NCBI RefSeq assembly: GCF_009914755.1
Contig: NC_060947.1
From: the human T2T-CHM13v2.0 reference genome, Homo sapiens
Length of the DNA stretch: 64,000 bases
Strand: one strand, 5' to 3'
Each line of letters begins with the position of its first letter. The stretch's first letter is position 1. The notes beneath the pieces were generated by a model that worked only from the letters and a program-made list of their open reading frames with translations, was not told the DNA's origin and did not search any database. Below, piece by piece: positions 54,926 to 64,000 of this stretch. Made by a program: the position numbers and the translations under genes.

Positions 54926-57900
54926 GCCTCCAAAGTAGATGAGATTACCAAGGGAGTGGAGGTAGATAAAGGGAAGAGAATACACCCTAGAATTAAGCAC
55001 TGAAGCATGTCAGTGTTAAGAGAGCATGAGGAGGTACTTGAGAAGGAATCTGAGAGGGAGTAGCCAGTGAGATGAGTAAAGAATCAACAACCAGAGGGGT
55101 CCTGGAAAGCAAGGAGGAAAAAAAGTGATAAACTTAAATTGTTGACAGGTCAAGTAAGACAAGATATGAAAACATACCAATGGATTTAGCAATGTGGTGA
55201 TCTGTACCAGATAAATTTCAGTGGCTTAGTGTGGCTAAAAGCCAGATTGCAAGGGGTTCAATACAGAGTGGGAAGTGAGGAACTGGAGTAGTCCAGGATA
55301 GCCAATTATCTAAAGGGGTATTGGGAATGGAAGAAATGGCACTGTAGCCAGAGAGGGACATGGGGTAAGAAGTATGTTTAATTTTTTTGTTAAGATTGGA
55401 GATATTGAAATATATTAGTAGTTTGAGGGAATATGTGTTGACACAGGAGAGAGATGGAAGAATTGTTGGGGATGACTTTAAGTGTACAAGAGAGGATGGT
55501 ATCTAATACAGAAGTTGATGGAATGCCCTTAGGTAAGAGAATTGAAAGTTCATCCACAGTGACAGGTGGGAAGGCAGAATACATAGATACAGATGCAGGT
55601 AGGGTAGTTGATGTGGTAATGGAAGCATGCAGACATTCTCTTCAACATACTTATTTTTTCCTCTCAGTGAAACAAGAATCAAGGTTATCAACTGAGAATA
55701 AGAACATGAAGGAGTTACTGGAGGTTTGTGGAGAAATAAGGTGTGACATGATCAGTTAGGAGAGCAAGGAGAAGGCATGAACTAGGGAAATGTGGCAGGA
55801 CTGCAAGGCAGCTCTAAGGGCCCACTTGAATTTGGTGGTCATGGACTTAAACGAACATCAGTTATCAATATTGTGAGGTTTTTGGTAGACTTGTCCAGCC
55901 ACGTGGATACATATGAAGATTAGAGGAAGAGTTGGATTTAATCAAGGTTGGGGTCTGCTAGGTGAGGATGATAAAGGAAAAGAGGGGCAAGGGAGTCAAG
56001 GGTATATGGAAAGAAGTGATTATGATTATGGACCATAGGATCTAGGTTTCCTGTGGAAGGAACTGAGCACAGGCGGTGGGCAAGGGGCAGTAGAAAGGTA
56101 GTAGGATCAATGGATGATTGACTCTGGCGGGGTTAAAGAAATGCATCGGTTTTAGGATTGTGACTATGTCTCAGAAGAAAGAAGGTGTGGTCCTGTAAAG
56201 ACGTTAGCTCTGTTAATACTCTGCACAGTGCAAAACAAGACAGTCCTTGGAATATAATAAATTTGTCTTGAATTAGCACAGTAAATGGTTGTTGAAATGG
56301 CTGCTCATTCCTGGTTTCATACAGCATAATGAAACTATCCCCTTTTAATAACTTCAGGTTTCTTCAAAATGTCTTTCACATAAAATCTCATTTGATTTTC
56401 CACCACAAATCTGAAATAGATATTTTAGATGTATGTGTCTGTGTAGAGACATAGACACGTATGCAACATTACAATGATTTATTTATATCTTCACCTACCC
56501 TCCTAGACATTAGGTTCCTTTGAGATGAAGATCTTGGGTTCACTATAAGACAAATCAATGGAAATCCTTTAAGCCTCAATTTCCTGCACTATAAAATAGG
56601 GATATTTTACTTTATAGGGTTTAGTGAGGTTAAATAAGATGATGCTCTTTGTCAAGTGCTTGGTATATTGAGAATACGCTCAATCTATGTCAGCTGGTAT
56701 TATTTACAATTACAGTCTCTAGTACTGTGCATGTGGATGCCTAATAGGTTCTCATTCAATGACTAATTCCCATTTTAAAGATGAGGAAATGAAAACTCAG
56801 CTGTTAAGTGACTTTTTCAACATAGAAAGTTAAGTATCAGAGTGGGGATAAGAAACCAGATACCTTCAACTGTGTGACTCTTGTTTTTTTGTTTTGTTTC
56901 ATTTTGTTTTTTGTTTTTGTTGTTGTTTTTTATTGGAACTGCTGCCACTAGTTCCAGGAATTGGCCTGAAACTTAAAAAGTCAGGAAAAAAAAGATGAGG
57001 GTTGACAGGTGCCTATTTGGGGGTACTTTTTATCAATATTACTCTACTTACTTCACAATATTATTTGTACTGTGTGTACATTTTCTAAATAACCTTCATA
57101 TATAATTCTTATAACTACTTTTGAAACGAATTATTTTTCATATGACCATTTTCCAGATTAAAAAAACATCCTGAGTTTCAGACAGTTGGTATCATTTGCT
57201 AGTTAAGTGACAAAGTGAAGAGAGCCAAACATCTAAAAGAGAAAAATAATACAAGATGCTGAGGTATATATATATATAATCTTCATTCCCTGCCAGTGGC
57301 CTCAGGGTCCAGAAATTCTGAGGCCTCTTTGGCTAGATCAGACCTATCCTGGGGCCACATTCACAATAATGGCTACCGTGAGCATCTGTTATGTGCCTAA
57401 TTAAGTAGTTCACTTCTGTTATCTCACTGAACTGTTCCACCTCCACCACGAGGTAGGCACTATTACCATTATCATTTTACAGATAAAAAAGCTGATGCTT
57501 CAAGGGGTTAGTTTGCCTTCCCAAGGTCAGTCAGCTAGGGAGCAGCATAAATTCAGACCCAGGTTTGGCTCAAAATCTTAGAGCTCTTCCCTTAAACTAG
57601 GCCCCGTTTAACATCACCCTACGTTTATGAACTTCTTGCTAATAATACAAAGAATCTGGCTTTACTTTGAGCAATTCTAAAACAAAACCTAAAACCTTTG
57701 CATTGAAATGTGAACATACACACACACGGGCACACACACACATACACACACACAAACACACACACACATTCAAACACACATTAAACCAAGCTGGGTTCTG
57801 TCCCATGTTTAATGTGCATTTGCCTTTTAAGAACAGCTCCCTATGAGTTTATGAATGAAAGACTCTGAGAAGAGAAGGAAGTGATCTGTGGGAGCTGGCT

Positions 57901-58306
57901 TCCTACCATGTGGGACTTGTCACCTATACTTTATTTTAAGGAAGAAGCTGACACCAGACATTTCTGAATATTTCAGGAAGCCATTTCCCTCCAACATCTG
58001 CTCAACTGTGTTCACACCATAGATAAAAACAACTGATGGCATCAGGGGTAAAAGAGGAACAGGCATGCCAGGTTTCACTTGAAAAGCTCTAGCCAGCCAG
58101 TATGAACCAGGGCCTGAGGGGATATAGTACTACCCAGTTAGACCTTAAAGTAAATCCAACAAGTAAATGCTTAACACACAAACAGGCAAACTAAATGTTG
58201 CCCGTAATGTTCTTAAAACAGAAGCCTCTTTTTCCTCTGTTAGTAAGAATTTACTGAGTAGCTATGAAAGAACAACACTTCCCAAGGCTAGTCATAGGGA
58301 GCATGT

Positions 58307-58517
58307 GAGGAATACTCAGATTTAGCAAATAAAAATACAGGATGCACATTAAGCTTGAATTTCAGAAAAACCACAAGTAACTTTTTAGTATGAGTATGTC
58401 CCAAATTAGTATATGTTCCATGCAATATTTGGGGATATACTTATACTTAAGATATATTTGTTATTTATCTGCAATTCAAATTTAACTGAGTGTCATCTGT
58501 TTTGTCTGAAAACCCTA
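58307..58517. mobile_element. MER53 (palindromic hAT MITE)
   Basis: CAGATTTAGCAAATAAAAATACAGGATG...AGTATGTCCCAA...TTGGGGATATACTTATAC...AACCCTA. Confidence 0.85.
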
Positions 58518-59927
58518 CAAGTAGCATCATGGCACACTTGTGTGACAAATTCAGTTATGATGTGTGTCAAAAATAATTGTTAGTAATAATAGTCAAAATA
58601 CAAATTCTTCCCCTTAATTTTTCAGAAAATTAAGAGGGGATTCATGTTTCTTTCTGTAATTGAGTCACTCCTACTCATTTGCTTTCTTATATGCTTTCCA
58701 AAGTAGGAGGGGAAAGTAGAGTTATAACTAGCATTGCAATGATTACATTTATTCATTTACTCAGCAAGTATTTATTGAGTGCCTGCTGTATGCTTGCTAG
58801 ACAATCTTTAATGCACACCTGCTATGTATAAAGGCACTGTGTTGGGCACTATGGAAAAAAGACAAATATTTAGAAAACATGTTCCTTGCACTCAGGAAAC
58901 TAAAAGCTTGATACAGGAGATAACTGCAGTCAAAAGGAGAAAGTGAGAAGTATCATTGGAGAAGATAAAAAGATATGCTTCTAAAACTTGGATGTGATTG
59001 TTCTGTCTTCACTCAAAAGCCTTTGATAGCTCCCCATTACCCACAAAGTTCAAAATTTAAGCATGATATTTAAGGGCACTCAAAATTAGGCTCAACCTAC
59101 CATTGCAAGTCCACCTGTCACCCCCTCTAGTCATAGAAGTCTATTTATTATTATTCCATTTTCCTGGAATACCTTTCATGTTTCATCCATTTCTCTCGAA
59201 ATTCTAGTCACATCCGTTCTTTTTCCTTTTTGTAAAAACTTTACTGAGATAGAACTCATATATCACACAATTCACACATCCTTTCTTAAATTTCACTTTC
59301 TGTCTTTTCCAACAATAGCACTGCTAATGTTTCACTGTTGTATTCGTTGCTCACTCTAACAGCCTTCCTTTTTGACTACTTTAGAGAAACTGTGGCAATA
59401 GTTTTCCAATAAAAATACTCAAAATTATTTCAGGTGATTGAGCTGGGCCTCAATTTCCTCAGTTGCGCAATGCGTGGAGAAACTGTATGTCCTTCTACAT
59501 CGTGTGAGCTTACTCTTGCTACTAGACCTTAAGTATACAGTGAGTGTCATGGCCTTTAGTGGCTTGGCACAGAGCCTGTCTGCTAATTTATAACATGATA
59601 GCTTTAGGAAAATCATTACAAGTTGAAAACAAAATCCTTTAACGTTTCTAGTTGGGAGATTAAGAATTTTGTTTTTAAGCCTACAGAAATAGGAAGGGTT
59701 GGGATTCCAGGACAGAGACTGTGTCCCGTTAGAAATATCCTGGCAGATTGTCTCCTCTGTTATTAAGTCCAAATGGTTAAGGGCAGTGCCATTTCTGTCT
59801 TTTGGACTAGTGGGACACAGTCTAAAAATGCCCAGTTGAAACAGATGGTGAGTTCATGTGTGTAGTTCTCCAGTAGTAGCAGCTATTAGGAGACAGAATA
59901 GGAGACAAATACAGGTCATTTCCACAT

Positions 59928-60237
59928 TTAACACACAAACAGGCAAACTAAATGTTGCCCATAATGTTCTTAAAATAGAAGCCTCTTTTTCTTCTGTTAG
60001 TAAGAATTTACTGAGTAGCTATGAAAGAACAACACTTCCCAAGGCTAGTCATAGGGAGCATGTGAGGAATACTCAGATTTAGCAAATAAAAATACAGGAT
60101 GCACATTAAGCTTGAATTTCAGAAAAACCACAAGTAACTTTTTAGTATGAGTATGTCCCAAATTAGTTTATGTTCCATGCAATATTTGGGGATATACTTA
60201 TACTTAAGATCTATTTGTTATTTATCTGTGATTCAAA
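59928..60237 (+). repeat. Second copy of a 310-bp direct duplication (first copy 58171-58480)
   Basis: Colinear, 7 substitutions by manual alignment, no indels. Confidence 0.95.
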
Positions 60238-60934
60238 CAACAAATTCTGTTATTTGTTAATTATCTACAAGGCTTACATGTGTTGATAAGGCAAAAGATG
60301 TTTTAACTTGCTCACAGATGGGGAAAGATTACATGTGGAGAAGACTAACCAGGAAAATTGAGTGCCTCATAGAAAATCCATCCCTCATGACTAGGGGGAA
60401 AAATCAGAAGGAAAAAAAATCCTACAAAGTACAAAACCCAGCAAATACACCAGGACCTCTGTCTTCATTTGCAAAGAACAACATATTACTTTTACCTATT
60501 TTTTGGCTGCAATATTAAGCTGTAAATCCTTTCAGAAGTTAATTTTCATTTTGCTTGCAGCATGAACAAGACAGACCAACTTGTCACGTATGCCTACATT
60601 TCTAAAATTAGGAGAAACAGCCCTAATCCCTTCTCATAGGCAGAAAATAGAAACAAGTCAAGTAGTCTACTTGGTTGGTGGGAATGGACTTTAAAAAGCA
60701 TCATGCTAGAAAAAAAGCACTGCATGTCATAAGCAAAGTTCAAACTCCAGTTTAAACTTTTTGGGCTTAATCAAAGCCATAGGCGAAGGAGCGGTCCAGT
60801 ATTTTTGTCTCTAATTCCATATTTCATGACTTCAAAACTCATCTACTTTTCTTTTTGTTTCTAACCACAGTGAGATGCAAAACTAATTTTTAAAAGCCCT
60901 TCTGTGGCAAGACTTTATCTTTGGTGATTCCCGT

Positions 60935-63395
60935 GCAAGACATAAACTACCAAATCTCACTGAAGAAGAAGTAGAAAATCCCAGTAGTCCCTTATCTATT
61001 AAAGAAATTGAATTTGCAGTTAAAAACCTTCCAATAAAGGAAACTCCTGGGCTAGATGGCCTCACTGGTGATTTCTACCAAACATTTAAGGAATAAATAT
61101 ATTGATCCTACACAAATTCTCCCAGAAAATCGAAGATGAGGCATCAATTTCTAACTCACTCTGTGAGTCCAGCATTACATTACAGACCAATATTTTTCAG
61201 GGATATAGATACAAAACTTCTTAACAAAAATTCACAAAATCGAACCTAACAATATATAGAAATGATGGTACATTATGACCAAGTTCAGTTTATTCCAGGA
61301 ATGGTAGTTCGGTTTAACATCTAAAAATTAGTCAGTGTAACTCACCATATTAGCAGACCAAAAAGAAAAAAAAAAAAAACTATGATTATCTCAATAGATG
61401 CAGAAAAAGAATTTGAGAAAATCCAGCCTCTACTGTGATAAAAACTCAAAGCAAACTAGAAATAGAAGGGAACTTCTTTAACCTGCTAAAAGGCATCTAT
61501 GGAAAATACTACAGATATCATCGTGTCTGTTGGTGGAAGCCTGAATGCTTTCCCTGCTAAGATTGGGGGCAAGGCAAAGATGTCCACATTTACACTTCTA
61601 TTCAACATTGTGCTACAGGTTCTAGCCAGTGCAAAAAAGGCATCCATATTCAAAAGGAAGATGCAAAACAAGTCTTTATTCACAGATAACATGATCTATA
61701 TAAAATATAGCATGAAATCTACAAAAAAACTACTAGAACTAATAAGTGAGTTTAGTAATGCTGGATGATACAAGGTCGATATACAAAAATTAGTTGCATT
61801 TCTGTAAACTAGCAACAAACAATTGGAAACTGAAATAAAAATGTCATATGATAACATCAAATATATAAAACAGGAATAAATCTGACAAAAGATGTGCAGT
61901 CGCTTTGCATGGCAAAGTTAATTGCTGAGAAAATTAAAGAAGGCTTAAATAAATGGAAAGATATCTTTATGATATCAATTTTCCCCCAATTGATGATCAT
62001 AAACTCAGTGCAATTTGAACATGTATATGAAAATCCAAAGGACCTAGCATAGCCCAAACAACTTAGAAAAAGAAAAAGCTGTAAGACGTACAGGACCTAC
62101 TTCAAGACTTATTGTGAAGCTACAGCAATCAAGAGAGTGTAAAGACAGACAAAAGTATGAATGAAACAGAATAGAGTCCAGAAATAGAGCCACATATATA
62201 TAGTCAACTGATTTTTGACAAAGCTGCAGTGGTAGTCCAGTAGAGAAAGAATTGTCTTAAACAAATGGTGCTGAAACAATTGGACATTCAATATGCAAAA
62301 TAAACAAATGATGAACTTTGATCTATACTTCACACTATGTACAAAAATTAACTCAAAATATATTGTAAATGTAAATATAAGCCTGAGACTTTAAAATTTC
62401 CAGTAGAAAAATTAGGAGAAAATCTTTGTCCTCTTAGATTAAGCAGAGATTTAGATACAACACCAGAAACTTGAAGCATGAAAGAAAAAAATGAAGAAAT
62501 TGGACATCATCTAAATTAAAACTTCCTTTTTGAATGATATTCTTATGAGAATGGAAAGATAAGCTCTAGACTGAGAGAAAATATTCGCATATCACATATC
62601 TCAGGGGTCTCCAACTCCCAGGACAAAGACCCGTACCTGTCTGTGGCCTGTTAGGAACTGGGCCGCACAGCAGGAGGTGAGCAGCGGGCATGTGAGCACC
62701 TGAGTTCTGCCTCCTGTCAGATGAGTGGTGGCATTAGATTCTCATAGGATCACAAATCCTATTGAAAATTGCACATGCAAAAAATCTAGGTTGCACGCTC
62801 CTTTTGAGAATCTAACTAATGCCTGATGATCTGAGGTGGAATAGTTTCATCCTGTAAGCATCCCTCGCCCCACACCTCCCACCCCGGCCCCTTCTATGGA
62901 AAAATTGTCTTCCACAAAACCAGTCCCTGGTGCCCAAAAGGTTGGGGACTGCTGACATATCTCATATGTCAGCAGTCCCCAACCGGTCCTGGGGGTTGGG
63001 GACCTTTGTCATACAGGGCTATTGGTACAGGCAGCATCATGAATGAGTATCAAAATAATTATGCTGAGTAAAAAGCATAATTATTTTTTAATTATGTAGA
63101 AAAGCACATGTATTTTATGTTTCCATTTCCATGGAATTCTAGCAAATTAAAATTTATCTATAGTGACAGAAAACAGATTTGTTATTGTCCAAGGATGGGG
63201 GGTGGCAGAGAAGAGTGAGAGAAGGTATTACAAAGGAATATGAGGGAACTTTTGCAGATAATGGACATGTTCATTATCTTCATTGTGGTGATGCTTTCAT
63301 GCTTGTACATACTTGCCTAAACTTATTAAATTGTACAATTTAAATATGTTCAGTTTACTATAAGTCAGTTATATCTCAGTAACACTGTTAAAAAA
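60935..63395 (+). mobile_element. Old L1M (L1MB/MC/MD-type) degenerate ORF2 and 3'UTR, interrupted by MER1B
   Basis: Remnants such as TLLFNIVLQVLASA and SLFTDNMI; L1M-type 3'UTR; A-rich end near 63390. Confidence 0.85.
62602..62954 (+). mobile_element. MER1B (hAT-Charlie)
   Basis: CAGGGGTCTCCAAC...GGTTGGGGACTGCTG; perfect 8-bp TSD ACATATCT at 62594-62601 and 62955-62962. Confidence 0.92.
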
Positions 63396-63907
63396 AAACA
63401 CAGCAAAGGGACTCAGAAGTCATTCTGAATAGGTTCCCACTGCCCAAATAAGTGATGGCCTGAACACCAATAACGATAACTGCATTCAATGAAATTTGTA
63501 AAATATTTGGAACTTCATGAATCCATAATGGTAACCTACACACAAAAAAACCTTTCACAGGTCACTTTTGGAGGATGCCAGGGAAATAATTATTTTTTAA
63601 ATTTGTTAAAAAAAGGATAGTGGAATCAAGCATTCATTCTGCCTTTCCTAAATGAACTATAACTCAGGATAACCATAAAAATTAATGAAGGGATGTTTCT
63701 CCTAAATAAAGTATTCAAGTACAGTATGCATAAGAAAAGACAGAATTACAGAATCAACATTTGCAACTCCCAGTGAAGTAATAGATTGAGGTAATAGATA
63801 TCAACAGCTGCTAGTATTTCAGAAAGAAGATCAAGCAGACATTGCAGACATTTTGTACATCAATAATGATGGAAGAATAAAACACTACGTGATTAAATAG
63901 TTTTGCA

Positions 63908-64000
63908 GAAAGAGGGGAAGGGGAAGAGGCGGTGGAAGGGGGAGAGGGAAAGGGGGAGAGAAGGAGGGAGGCAGAGAGGAAGAGGGAGAGAAAGAGAGAG
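63908..64000. repeat. GA-rich low-complexity polypurine tract
   Basis: Direct reading. Confidence 0.9.

Noticed and set aside
58380-58460. miR-1302-like hairpin in MER53
   Set aside because: The miR-1302 family derives from MER53, but this copy differs in the seed region (TTGGGGATAT versus recalled TTGGGACAT) and has a disrupted centre.

Overview
Human/primate genomic DNA with no prokaryotic features. An 81-bp minus-strand exon at 46305-46385 ([27 protein letters not shown], missed by the ORF track) matches the collagen IV alpha-6 N-terminus as I recall it. That places the window inside COL4A6 (Xq22): intron 2 at about 46.4-64 kb and intron 3 at about 1-46.3 kb, with a candidate in-frame alternative last exon starting at 4724. 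Much of the window is transposon-derived: a full-length L1PA3/4 (intact ORF1, ORF2 with two nonsense codons), two inverted L1s, Alus, MIR/L2, MaLR/ERVL LTRs and hAT/Tigger elements. The most unusual signal is a series of exon-shaped, mostly phase-1 segments on the minus strand at about 27.9-40.2 kb that look like a decayed nested gene or lost COL4A6 exons, roughly bracketed by convergent CTCF-like motifs. Other notable structures are a tail-less inverted L1 with a TSD, a 310-bp local templated duplication and several perfect palindromes at rearrangement junctions. All calls were made by eye; repeat subfamily names and boundaries are approximate.
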